Of a stretch of DNA of 64,000 nt, positions 52,737 to 64,000 are shown piece by piece. The stretch comes from Chiloscyllium plagiosum (taxonomy: Eukaryota). The number at the start of each line of letters is the position of its first letter. Within the stretch, counting starts at the first letter, position 1. Both the position numbers and the translations under genes were made by a program. Where the stretch lies: the NCBI RefSeq assembly GCF_004010195.1, contig NC_057755.1, positions 1,787,306 to 1,851,305 on the forward strand. The letters are read 5' to 3'. The notes under the pieces are model-generated. The model was not told the origin of the DNA, did no database searches, and saw nothing but the letters and a program-made list of their open reading frames with translations.

Positions 52737-52803
52737 ATGTATTTTCCAAGAAGAATGATCTTAAAAGTATACTACAGCATCCTTCCCATTATTATTATTC
52801 CAG
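52737..52803 (+). CDS. GPR139-like: GPR139/GPR142-like GPCR, coding exon 1 (exon 2 predicted beyond 64000)
   Basis: 67-nt exon MYFPRRMILKVYYSILPIIIIP-G with consensus donor CAG|GTAAGT, phase 1, matching the phase of exon 2 at 29516; flanks homologous to the 34049 copy. Confidence 0.82.
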
Positions 52804-52949
52804 GTAAGTGTAGCAACAGCTTAAGTTATATAAATTTCTGTATTTCTACTTCATGCCTGTTAATTACTGTATTTCCATTTAGCAAGACATCTACCAATAC
52901 CTACCGATAGCGTCGTCACTTACTGACGTCAAAGTAAATAGTTTGCCAA

Positions 52950-53688
52950 TTCGGAGACTCCTCAGTAATGTGTAGCAGTGTCTGTTCCTTTAGACTGTGC
53001 GGAATGGATTTGCACTGTGGCCACATCGACAGAGTTTGGTGAAGAACTGGCCCTGGTTGGTCAGTAAAATGTTTAACAAACCATACATACTCTCTCTGTG
53101 CAGTTCAAAGCCTGCGATTTTGTAACAACTCACTTCTTAGTGACATCTGGTGTTTTCCATTCCTTGATGTAAAGATACTTTGTTGGTGGATCTTGCTCTG
53201 ACAACTTGGTTGAAATGGGCGCCCAGACATTACATGTGTAAAGGTTGTGTTAAGCAGGTCGTTATGGAGTAATAAGTGAGTGTCAGTACAAATGGTGTCG
53301 ACTATCTTATGTGTTTTTGTCAGTCAGTGAATATATTGAACCATGAACTTTGTGAGGACCGATTGCTTGGAGTTGTGTTGAGTGCAGAGTTCCAATTATG
53401 ACGTGTATTATTGTATTATTTGATTGTCGACAACGGCAAGTGAGTTATGCCATTTCTAAAATGATGCAAAATATTGTGGTGCAGAGTTTAATTGGACAAA
53501 CACTGAGATCGGAGTCGTGCACTGCCACAGAGATTCAAATAACTGTCCATCAGGAATTGTTCTCCCTTACGCTTTGGTGTTGTTATCCTTTGATGTTCTC
53601 TGAACATTAATGGTTTATGTGTATTTTCTTCCAGTTGCATTCATTGGGATTATCATTTTGTCTTTCACTATCAAACTTTAGTTATTTA

Positions 53689-53756
<68 letters not shown>

Positions 53757-55060
53757 TGTGCTTTTGGTTTCACTGTGAGACCGCAACTTTGTGAAATCTG
53801 TTTTTGCACCTGACCCATAGAGCTCAGAATGATGGAGATTGGTGGTACAGCAGGACTTTTCACTGATGAAAGAGAAATTGGTTTGGGGTGACTGATGTGA
53901 CGTTTAAGACATTTCATATTGTTTTACTGCTCTGAAACTCCAATCGTGATCAAGGACATGCAGCCTTATGGAAGGAAAGTCAGCCCTGCTGTTGTGAATT
54001 CCATTTGACCTGGTGTTCAACTTTGAGGGAATCGGTGAGTTAGAAACTATATCAGAGTCACCAGCTGATTCATAGTCCATCAGCTGCGCTCTGCTAAAAG
54101 AACTTGAATCTCCTGATGACCCTGATGGAAATTATGCTCTTTGCCTCATCACGTGGGGCATCATTGCACCCATTGCCACTCAGAATATGTATCTGAACAG
54201 TGATTATGATTTATGCCTCAGGGACAGATTTATTATACTTTATGTCTGTAGTTCAAGATTGTGCTGGGCATTTTTTGCTTATATTGTTCTTCGAAATGTT
54301 GTTACATATTCCGAGACTCTGGATCATTGAAAAGCAGGTGTGATTGTGTATGACTGCTCGGCTGTGTTCACTTTGCGGGAAGTCATTCATGAGTAGAACA
54401 TGGGTTGGTTGAGGATGGTCATTCACGAAACGGACCCCAAACTGGACAGTTCATTATGTTCAGGTCTGCTGGTTGGATGTTGGTTCTGAGGAAGGATCTT
54501 TCCACTTTCTATCCACAGATGCTGCCAGACCTGCTGAGCTTTAGCAGGAAGTTCTGCTTTTTTTCCCTGATTTAAAGCATCCACAATTCTTTCAGGCATT
54601 GTTTGGCATTGTTCGTGTTGTTTCATCGCAGTTTCAAGGCGAGATCGTCATTGAAGCCACATTGACGTTCTCAGTTATCTCCGACTGTGTTGTGTCTATT
54701 GTGGGATGGAAAGTATGGGAGTGGGAGTGACATAATACCAAAGGAACTTTTCGCCAGCCGCACTTGGTCGTTTATGAAGGTTTCCAGTAATGATATCACC
54801 AGACTGAACATTCCCACAATGTATTCTAAAATTCAGGGCTGCTACATCAACACTGCTGGCTGCGACATATCAGGCACAACGTGTTTTACATCAGGGCAGT
54901 AACATCGTCGTTCAAATTGTTTGATGAAATACTGTTCTGTTTCTTCAATCCAAAATGGTTCACTTGGAAACAATGCTGTTGATGTGCCCGGTGTCAAGAT
55001 ACTGATCAAACTTAACTGGTTTGCTAATAAGCCTTTGTACGATTTAAAGAACATTCAAGA
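52950..55060 (-). mobile_element. Very old Gypsy RNase H-integrase remnant in the intron
   Basis: Minus-strand fragments in pol order: KFDQYL (about 55010), FHQGHQEIQ (about 54125, H2C2 region), VMSGRP (about 53225). Heavily decayed. Confidence 0.4.
53681..53756. repeat. (ATT)n microsatellite
   Basis: Direct reading. Confidence 0.98.
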
Positions 55061-55189
55061 AGATATGTACAATATCATGAAATTTCTACAGTGCAGACAG
55101 AGGCAATTCTGCCTATCGGGTCTGCACTGACCCTCAAAGGAGCATCCCACTCAAAGGCCTCAAAGGCATAATCTGCATTTACCATGGCT

Positions 55190-55737
55190 ACTCCTTGGTT
55201 AACTCACCTCCTGACTCCCAAATCCTATCCACCATCTACAAGGAACAAGTCATAGAATGTCTCAAGGGGCATCATGGAATATAACCCAACCAACCTGGCT
55301 GAGTCTCTCTCCAACACTCAAGAACTTTGACGTCATCAGAACAAACCAGATCACTTGATTGACATCAAATCTACACATGTCCACTCTCTTAACTACTGAC
55401 ACGCAAAAGTTGCACTGTTTACCATCGAATAGACAATGCCTCCGACAGCCAGGACAACAAATATCTGACAGGACAAGAGCAGTAGATACATGAGAACACC
55501 ATCATCTGAAAGTTCCCCTCCACGACACTCTCCATTTTGATTTGAAAATATATCGGGCCTCTTTCAGTGTCAGTCGATCAAAATGATGAAATTCCCTTCT
55601 TTATGTCATTGTGGGTCTGCGTACAGCAGGTAATTACAGCTGTTCAGGAATGTGCCTCAGCAACACCTCTCAAAAGCAACTAAGGATGGGTAATAAATTC
55701 AGGCCAGCGATGTCGACATCCCACGAATGAATAAAAA
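55190..55737 (+). mobile_element. L2/CR1-clade LINE 3' end
   Basis: cacctcctgactcccaaatcctatccaccatctacaagg...taaggatgggtaataaat...catcccacgaatgaataaaaa. Confidence 0.75.
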
Positions 55738-56674
55738 GTAAATATTGTGCACAGTGAAGATAACTCTAATCGGAATTTCTGATCCAGCGTTTTCAGGTTT
55801 CTGTAAATGCAGAATTGTAGTAAATGTATACCACTGAAAGGAGAATAATCGTGAGCTCAACAATTATTATGACTGGGAAAATCCTTGACTGTAGAACTGC
55901 ATTACATGTAGATCAATAGCCTGAGAGGAACTCTCGATTCCAGTGGTGATGTAATTCAGTGAGCATCTTTCAATTACAATTTTACCAAGTGTGGGTTCCA
56001 AGTAAATGGTGAATAACTAACCCAGTGCCCAAGTGTTACTGGAAACATCTCCTAAAATGAAATTATACTAATTGGATACGACTAACTGGACGTGAACAAT
56101 TTACCACAGTAACCACGTAAGGAAGAATATCTCTGATTATGGAATTTCACTGTTTGTAGGGAACTAAAAGAAATGCAATACCTAGCCACAATTAGGGCCA
56201 TAATGATCTTGAAATTTGTGGTGTTTCAGTTATACTGCAATCATCATTTCTGTTCTGTCCAGTGATGGAGCTGTTAATTTGTAATTTATCGTTTGTAAAT
56301 ATACATTAGATTTCAATGGAAAAACCTATGCAGGTGGTTGTATATGTCTGATGCTACGTTTATGAGTTAAATTGCCCCAATGGAGATAAGTAAATGTGAG
56401 ACATTTTTTAATAAAGGGAAAGTAGCAAAACAATAAGGGTTATTCAATAAAATACCCTAAGTACATGTTATGTTTCCTCAAACAATATTAATAATATTTT
56501 AGTGACTGATTAATCTTCCAGAAAGTTTTGGACAAGTTGTCGAACATAGCTACTCTATTATATGATCTCGGCATTAATAAGAAAGATATGGAGCTGGCAA
56601 CGTTGACGCAATTTTACATCTACATCTGATTAGATTTCAATTAACAATTTTCAAAACTATAATTCATGCCATTT

Positions 56675-57189
56675 TGTTATGGATCAGGCGGGACATCCCA
56701 CGAATATTTTAAAAGATAGCTCGACCCTAACTTTTGCTTATTTTAAAGGCAGATTAGAAATGGGATTTCCCGATAAAGAAGCAGTGCCCCGAAAGCTAGT
56801 ACCTCCAAATATTAACCTGTTGGACTATAATCTAGTATCGTATGATGTTTAGTATTGGAAAACCCAACCGACCCAATACATAACTTAACTAATCAATTGT
56901 TTCAATACCGTAACATTCCATAAGCACGCTGCTTAAGCAGAAAGTTAAATTAATTTCAAACACAGATTTTTACAGGCAGGAGAGATCGACATCCAGACGG
57001 AGATTTCGGAGAAAGTCAGATGAATCCTTTACAGAAGCTTGCAACACTTTTCGACTCCAACGTCTTGGCAATGGAAGAACTGGCCTCCCGCCTTCCATTG
57101 TTAAACTAGATTCTTCTGCACTTCTGCTTTCATGAATAATCTTCAAAAAAAGACAAAAATGACCTTGTTAAAGTGACAACATCATCACA
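56675..57189 (-). mobile_element. Solo LTR
   Basis: TG...CA ends (tgttatgg / catcatcaca); absent at the homologous intron position near 33270; flanks attt/cttt. Confidence 0.7.
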
Positions 57190-58006
57190 CTTTCCACAGT
57201 TAGTTCTCCAGAAATCGTTGCCCATCACTTTGCGGCATGTGACCTCAGTGATGAGGAAAGAGTTTTGGTGAGGATTATAAATCTGTCTTGATTAAGGCAA
57301 TATAAAAAAGTACAACCTATAAATGGTATTTCAAATGTGTTTAAACCCGAAATCAGTGTTCTAACTAAATGAACTGTCGTTGTGATCTCCCTTATTCATG
57401 GAAATATACTTTCTATATTTTGTATTGCTCAATTCTTTGAAGTTTCATGCCCCACATTTAGATGTATTCACTTTCTCTCAGCGAATTTCAAGATAGAGAG
57501 GTAATGCTTTTTCAGACGTAGTGCATTAAATATAGAAATGTATGACTGATTTATTTTAGCTTCAACATAATATTATTCTGCCCGCTCTTGGAATACTTTA
57601 TGTCAGTAATACAGCTCATAACTCCCAGTTCCATAATTGTAGCATTTAGCTTCCTTTAGAGTGTAACGACAGATATTTTGATTTTGTCAGAAGAGCAAAC
57701 TCTGTCGCACATTGTCGATTTTTTTTGGTGCACAGACCTTTCAACACAACTACATGTAATTTCTAAAGTCTTAACTCAGGATTGTTAGATTTGAATTTAC
57801 AGTAGCATGAATCATACTTATCTCAATCAGGTGCTTTTAAAAATGTATTTTCATTGCAATTCAGAAAAGTTCAGCTCTTAAACGTATACATTGTAAATAC
57901 ATATTCACAATAAGGAGCCATCAAAAAGTTGGAATCAATGAGATTAAAACCTTGTTTCATCTTGGCTACAGGTGACGAAGATTATGACTTTTGGAAATCA
58001 ATCATC

Positions 58007-58661
58007 TGTTATGAACCAGGGCAAGCCCTTCAAAACATTTCAAGAAGGTAACCCAGACCTAACGTGCCTAATTGTTTTAAGCAGATGTAAGGTGGATATT
58101 CAAGGAGTGATACAGCTGGTCAAACCACTCAGTTTTAATCAAATCAGAATTTATTTACAGACTACCAAATTAAACAATAGCACAGGACAACAGAATTTAA
58201 TAACAACTACTTGAAAACCCGACTGATACGATATCTCCTGCAACTTAACAGAGAGCTGTTCCAATGTCACACAACGTACAAAAAGACACCTCATTGACAA
58301 AAAAGATATATTCAAGCGCAGGTTCTTACTGGATAGACAGATTGCAGAGGGGATCAGCCAGGGGTCATTGGCTAAAACATGGAACCTCTTTCTGCCCAGC
58401 AGCATCTCGGGGTCCTCAGCTAAAATTAAACTAAACCAGAAAAAAAACTGATCTGGGAGATCTAGCCATTCCCCTTTCATTACAACTGTTTTAAAATAAA
58501 CAGAAAACCCAGTTTGCCCGATTGTTCCCTTTGGTAGTCTTTGTTAGCCATACGGGAATTGGCCTACAGCCAGACAAATTGGAACCTCTACCTTTTATAA
58601 CCCCTTTTGAAAAAAGAAAACAAAGACAACATAACGTCGTTAAAGGAGCATCATCATCACA
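58007..58661 (-). mobile_element. Solo LTR
   Basis: tgttatgaacc...catcatcaca ends; near-TSD catc/cgtc; same family as 56675-57189 and 63737-64000. Confidence 0.75.
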
Positions 58662-58689
58662 CGTCTCAGCCATCATACAATGCGTCATA

Positions 58690-59110
58690 ATTTCATAGAT
58701 CTGTATGGCATGGAAATGTACGCTTTGGTCCAACTTGCACGCGCAACCAGATAGCCCACATTAATTAAGTCCCATTTTCCAGCATCTGGTCGTTATCCAT
58801 CTAAAACTTTCCAATTCATATATACCTAACGAGAGGCCTTTTAAATATTGTAATTGCACAAGCCTAAATGACATATTCTAGGAGATCATTCCATGCACCC
58901 ACCACCTTCTTCGTGAAAACAGTTGCCCCTTAGATCCTTTTTATTTATTTATCCTTGCAACTAAAACATATGCCATCCTGTTTTGAGCTCCCACACCCGG
59001 GCAAAAGACCTTAGCTATTCATCCTATCCAAGATCTTCAAGACTTTATAAAGGTAACCCCTAAGCCTCCCATGCTCCAGGGAAAATAGCCCCAGCTTATT
59101 GAATTTCTCC
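58690..59110 (-). mobile_element. CR1 3' fragment
   Basis: Reverse complement reads LGLFSLEHGRLRG..FFTKKVVGAWNDL and a 3' UTR. Confidence 0.8.
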
Positions 59111-59479
59111 TTCAAGTGCTTCTGCAGGAATTCTTCACGCTTGTGTCCTTAAACCCAAAATGTGCAACTACCTTATCAATTCCCTTCCCTCCATAGTAAT
59201 TTCCAAATTTCAGAGATTTGCTCGTTATTGCACAATGTTCAGCACCATTTACTCATTAGATCACGAAGAGATCTGTGTCCATATACGATGAGATGACCAC
59301 CAGCTCAGGCTGATAATTGATAAGTACCGTTCGCATCCAGAAGCACCAGACAATGACCATCTCAAAACGAGACTATCTGCGTGGCTCCTATTAGCATACT
59401 AAGATCAAAGTTTGTGCGAAGATTTGTAGCTCGGGTGCTCGTTGTTGTGGTTCTGTTCGCCGAGCTGGAAATTTTTGTT

Positions 59480-59519
59480 GCAAACGTTTCGTCCCCTGGC
59501 TAGGCGACATCATCAGTGC
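59480..59519 (-). ncRNA. Minimal type I hammerhead ribozyme motif (inverted copy)
   Basis: Reverse complement GCA-CTGATGA-tgtcgcctagccaggggac-GAAAC-GTT-TGC. Confidence 0.7.
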
Positions 59520-61125
59520 TTGGGAGCCTCCTGCGAAGCGCTTCTTTGATGTTTCCTCCGGTGTTTATGGTGGTCAGTCCCTGCCGCTTCCGGTTGTCAG
59601 TTTCAGCTGTCCGCTGTAGTGGTTGGTATATTGGGTCCAGGTCGATGTGTTTGTTGATGGAGTTTGTGGATGAATGCCATGCCTGTAGGAATTGCCTGGC
59701 TGTTCTCTGTCTGGCTTGCCCTATGATAGTAGTGTTGTCCCAGTCGAATTCATGTTGCTTGTTGTCTGTGTGTGTGGCTATTAAGGATAGCTGGTCGTGT
59801 CGTTTCGTGGCTAGTTGATGTTCATGTATGCGGATTGTTAGCTGTCTTCCTGTTTGTCCTATATAAGAAGAAACCATGATATCATTCGACGTGACGGCAC
59901 TGCTCACTTCGATTGACAAAGCCCTAGCCAGAGAAACAATAGCCAACCTACTGGACATACAGAACAGAAAACAGGACGCTGAACCTATCAACAAAGACGG
60001 CATACTTAAACTACTGGACTTGTGCCTCACAACACACTTCAAATTCAACAACCAGATATATGAACAAATCAACGGAACACCCATGGGATCACCAATCTCG
60101 GGACTCATAGCAGAGGCAGTTATGCAAAGGTTAGAACAAACAGTCCAACCACAAATTCAACCCAAACTCTGGGTCAGATATGTCGATGACACGTTCGTAA
60201 TCATTAAAACACGGAAATAGAAAACACACACGTTCATCAACGCCACACTCACAGGAACCCGATTCACGAGAGAAGAAGAAAGGGATAGCCAACTCCCATT
60301 CCTAGACGTGATGGTACAGAGAAGACTGAACGGAGAATTCACCACAAGGGTATACAGGAAAGCCACACACACAGACCAAGTCCTAAACTATGAAAGTAAC
60401 CACCCCAACACACACAAACGAAGCTGCATCAGGACACTATTAAAAAGGACCACAACACACTGCAGTACACCAGAACTGCAAAAAGAAGAAGAGGAACTCC
60501 TACACAAGGTATTCGCCAAAAACGGATACCCGCGCAACTTCATCAACAGATGCCTAAGAGAAAGACCACGGAATGAGGACATACCACAACCAAAAGGACT
60601 AGCCACACTACCATACATCAGAACTGACAGCCAGACTACTGCGAACCCTAGGACTCATAACGGCACACAAACCAACAGCCACGCTCAGACAACAACTCAC
60701 CAGAACGAAGGACCCGATACCCAACATGAGCAAGACGAATGTAGTGTACAAAATACCATGCAAGGACTGCACTAAACACTATTTAGGACAAACAGGAAGA
60801 CAGCTAACAATTCGCATACATGAACATCAATTAGCCACGAAACGACACGACCAGCTATCCTTAATAGCCACACACACAGACAACAAGCAACATGAATTCG
60901 ACTGGGACAACATTACTATCATAGGGCAAGCCAGACAGAGAACAGCCAGGCAATTCCTACAGGCATGGCATTCATCCACAAACTCCATCAACAAACACAT
61001 CGACCTGGACCCAATATACCAACCACTACAGCGGACAGCTGAAACTGACAACCGGAAGCGGCAGGGACTGACCACTATAAACACCGGAGGAAACATCAAA
61101 GAAGCGCTTCGCAGGAGGCTCCCAA

Positions 61126-61165
61126 GCACTGATGATGTCGCCTAGCCAGGGGACGAAACGTTTGC
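61126..61165 (+). ncRNA. Minimal type I hammerhead ribozyme motif in the Penelope pLTR
   Basis: Core CTGATGA (61129-61135) and GAAA (61155-61158), stem II gtc.cct/agg.gac, palindromic AACGTT stem III, stem I GCA/TGC. Minimal hammerheads are a known feature of Penelope pLTRs. Confidence 0.72.
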
Positions 61166-62514
61166 AACAAAAACTTCCAGCTCGGCGAACAGAACCACAG
61201 CAGCATACTATGGTATTACCATAATTGAATGCACGACTATTAACAACCTGTGCTGACCACTGACAAGTAAATGACCTTGTCCAGGTTTATAACTGATGGG
61301 GAAACAGGAGTATATCAGGTATGGTGATTGTTGCAGCAATTAGCTCCCCACCTACCTCACCAATCCATGTCCACAATCCAGAAATCGTAGCTCAGAGGTA
61401 GAATGGAATGCTGTCCGAATGTCTGGAAAACTGCAGCTCCAACAACACTCAAAATCTTAACATTGGGCAGGACAAACCGCCGGCTGATTAGCGTTACGAT
61501 CACCACATTCAGCACCCACTCCCTTCACCAACAATAGCATGACCGATAATGAATACAATTCTGTGAAAATGCAAAACGTAACATGCCAAGTCTCTTTCGA
61601 CATCCACTCAGAACAACATGACATCAGGCTCTTAGAACAACAAGGGCAGCAGATGCATGGAAAGGCCATCATATGCAAGTTCGCTTTCAAGCCTGATTTT
61701 ATTCTGAGCTTGAAATGCAGCATTGCTCTGTAACAGTTGCAGTGTAAACATTTTACAGCTCTCCCCCCAAAACACAGGGTTTTCCTGCACATCAGATAAT
61801 GCAGATGTTCAAAAATGCTACTCTCCAGCACGATCACAAAGACGATTAGAATTAGACACCGAGTGTTGGCCTCGCCAGCAAAGCTCACATTCCATGAGTA
61901 CACTTCAAAATAATCCTTATTTCCACATCTGAAAGAAAACATCTCTGAACCTGAGGAGTGCTTATTGACCAAATCAGTGTTCCACATCGTAGAGAACCAG
62001 CCAAATGTCGAAGGGGAAAGGAGAGAAGCTTGGTATCGAGGACTTGCCTGATTCAAGGTGCCAGCTATCCATGGCAAAGCTCATGTTGCCTATTTTAATG
62101 AATTTACCATCTATTACTGGTCACAAAACCAACAGACAGATCCTTATGCCTCATTTGTCTTTGGTCGATGTAATGGTGATTTCAATTTCGGAAAACTACA
62201 TTAAATCAAGCGGAGTATCTCTTAGCTTCTAAATTGGGGCAATTTTCGGAGTTGCATGTTTGTGACAATTAAGGTGATGTGAGGATTTTCAGTCATAAGG
62301 AGTTACCTAAAAATAAGAGCAGTCATCTGTACTGGAGTGTTGGTTGTGCATGGGGAAATCTCCATTTTCATTTATTTATTCAACTGATGCTGGTGTCACT
62401 GGCTAATCCAGCAATACTGCCCATTCCTAATTGCCCAGAGGGCAATTAAGAATCACCAGATTGTCATCGCTCTGGAGTCACACGAAGGCCATATCAGGTA
62501 AGGATGACACATTA

Positions 62515-62900
62515 GACCACGAGACCATAAGGCTATAAGACACAAGAGCAGAAGTGAGGCTATTCATTCCGTCAAGTCTGCTCCACTATTCAGTCATAGC
62601 TAATAAGTTTCGTAACCCTATTCTCCCGCTTTCTCCTTGTAACCCTTGAAAATCTTGATACGCCAGAACGTATCTATCTCAGTCTTAAATATCTCTTCCT
62701 TTTGTGGCAATGAATTCAATAGGTTCTCCATTCTCTGGCTGAAGAATTTTCTCCTTATTTCCGTTCTGAATGATTTTCCCAAGTATGTTCTCTGGTGTCC
62801 TAATCTCACATACCAATATGTAAATCTTCCAAACAACCACTCTCCCAGGCCATTCAGAATTCTGCAAGTTTCAATTAGATTGCCCCTCTAATCGTGTATA
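62515..62900 (-). mobile_element. CR1 3' fragment inserted in a SINE
   Basis: SFRTEIRRKFFSQRMENLLNSLPQK with a (tcttatgg)-like tail; absent from the duplicate SINE at 30690-31045. Confidence 0.8.
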
Positions 62901-63736
62901 ACTCAGAATCCTTAAGAATTCTTCATGATTATCTTCTCTAAAGGACATTCGTGAATACGATTGTCATCAAATGTTGGGAAAAAAAACACAACTTCATGGT
63001 TATCAATAATGCAGATTAAAATGCAGATTTTTAATAGAATTCAAATTTCACCATCTGTCCCGGTGCCCTTTGAACCCAAATCCCAACAACATTAACTCAG
63101 TCTGAAAAATAGCAATAAATCCATTAAGGCCATCATCTCCCTAATCTTTAGCATTGGCCTGAATTCGAATAATCAACCTCTGATCCCAAGCAATATTCCA
63201 ATACTTGGGTCTCCAGCAACAAGCTATGGTACAATTCTGGTGCTCTATGCAGAAAATGTGGGTTGAACTACGGGGATTTCTCACTCCAGCATGTTCTCTG
63301 AATCTGGGAGGCAGGTCTCCAAGCACTAGTAGAAGGTTGAGGAGAGGAGCTTGGGTGCATGACTCTGGACATCAGGCAGGAGATTTTGCTTCATTCAAGA
63401 TAACATGCCTAATTTCTCAACTGTGGATTTTCAATGACCAATGCTGCACGGATTTAGACTTTATCTGGATGAGAGCTGTGGTATACAATCTTGAACATGT
63501 AGGAGGAGCCCTGACTAAATGTTGAAGTTTTCCTGATTGCGGTAGCAATCTAACCTGTGAAATAACATAGCTCAGAATGTCAGGATGTTCAATCCCACAA
63601 GCTCAGAATTTTATCATTTGATTTTTATCTCTTACCATGGAATGTGTCCATTCCCAGTCATTGTGAAGTGATTCCAAGCCCTGTGCTGTAGCTCAGGTGG
63701 AGTGGATGTCCAATTCTAGAGGTACCTTCGGTCATG

Positions 63737-64000
63737 TGTGATGATGCTGCTCTTTTGTAAAGGTTATGTTTTCCACAGTTATTTTTTTCACGAGGAGTCA
63801 TAAAGGCAGATGTTCCAGTATGTCTGCAAGTACTTACTTCAAACTGCCTTAATACATTTTATTAAACATGCGCACAATGAAAGGGAAGTGGCCAGTTCTC
63901 CCAATTCAGGCTTTTCTTCCTGTTATGGTTTGGTTGGTTTTCACAAACAGTCTGTTAAAAGCTGCAGGTCAAGTTTTAGCGAGGAACTCAAAGAAGCAGT
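63737..64000 (+). mobile_element. Start of an LTR running off the window
   Basis: tgtgatgatgctgctc start matches the reverse complement of the 58661 end; internal aatgaaagggaagtggccagttctccca shared with 58450-58480. Confidence 0.75.

Larger units (their letters stand above)
59402..61201 (+). mobile_element. Young Penelope element: 5'-truncated RT + GIY-YIG + pLTR with an inverted copy of its 3' end in front
   Basis: MISFDVTALLTSI, YEQINGTPMGSPISG, WVRYVDDTF, NVVYKIPCKDCTKHYLGQTGR; 59446-59865 is the near-exact reverse complement of 60780-61199; 9-bp TSD agcatacta at 59393-59401 and 61202-61210; internal frameshifts. Confidence 0.96.
59110..61900 (+). mobile_element. Decayed L2/CR1-clade LINE split by the Penelope insertion
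   Basis: Duplicate of 31470-32560; sequence is continuous across the TSD (gaccatctc...agcatacta|tggtattaccat). Confidence 0.7.

Noticed and set aside
57200..57290. VSSPEIVAHHFAACDLS..RVLV after ttccacag as a decayed exon 2
   Set aside because: Aligns with intron DNA at about 33260-33170 of the duplicate; no TM3-TM7 motifs follow.
57538..57605. MYD*...YYS stretch resembling exon 1
   Set aside because: Two stops, weak donor, no promoter homology; lies within the intron.
59500..60108. 202-aa ORF containing GIY-YIG C-terminus
   Set aside because: Created by the inversion junction: antisense RT fused to the duplicated nuclease tail.
61457..62077. 206-aa minus-strand ORF
   Set aside because: Mostly antisense of a decayed L2 tail; no recognisable domain and no equivalent ORF in the duplicate at 31.3-32 kb.

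Overview
AT-rich, repeat-dense vertebrate DNA. The repeat set (CR1/HER1-type LINEs, HE1/V-SINEs, Penelope elements, Gmr1-type Gypsy elements, solo LTRs) points to a cartilaginous fish, most likely a shark; this is inferred from recognised repeat families, not from a search. Nearly all ORFs in the track are retroelement debris or their antisense shadows. The host content is a small cluster of two-exon GPR139/GPR142-like class A GPCR genes. It comprises one complete but dead copy on the minus strand (exon 1 at 34049-33993, exon 2 at 29516-28627), an intact-looking exon 1 on the plus strand (52737-52803) whose exon 2 is predicted just past the window end, and another intact-looking exon 1 on the minus strand (14703-14637). 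The 30-36 kb (-) and 51.5-63.7 kb (+) segments are an old inverted duplication of one gene unit, sharing promoter, intron and ancestral CR1/L2/SINE insertions; a third copy of the upstream module lies at about 20.3-21.1 kb. Other notable items: Penelope insertions with inverted ends, target-site duplications (TSDs) and hammerhead-ribozyme cores, one of them intact inside the GPCR intron; four-level TE nesting; a patchy 70-bp minisatellite. All alignments were done by eye and most TE boundaries are approximate (tens of bp).
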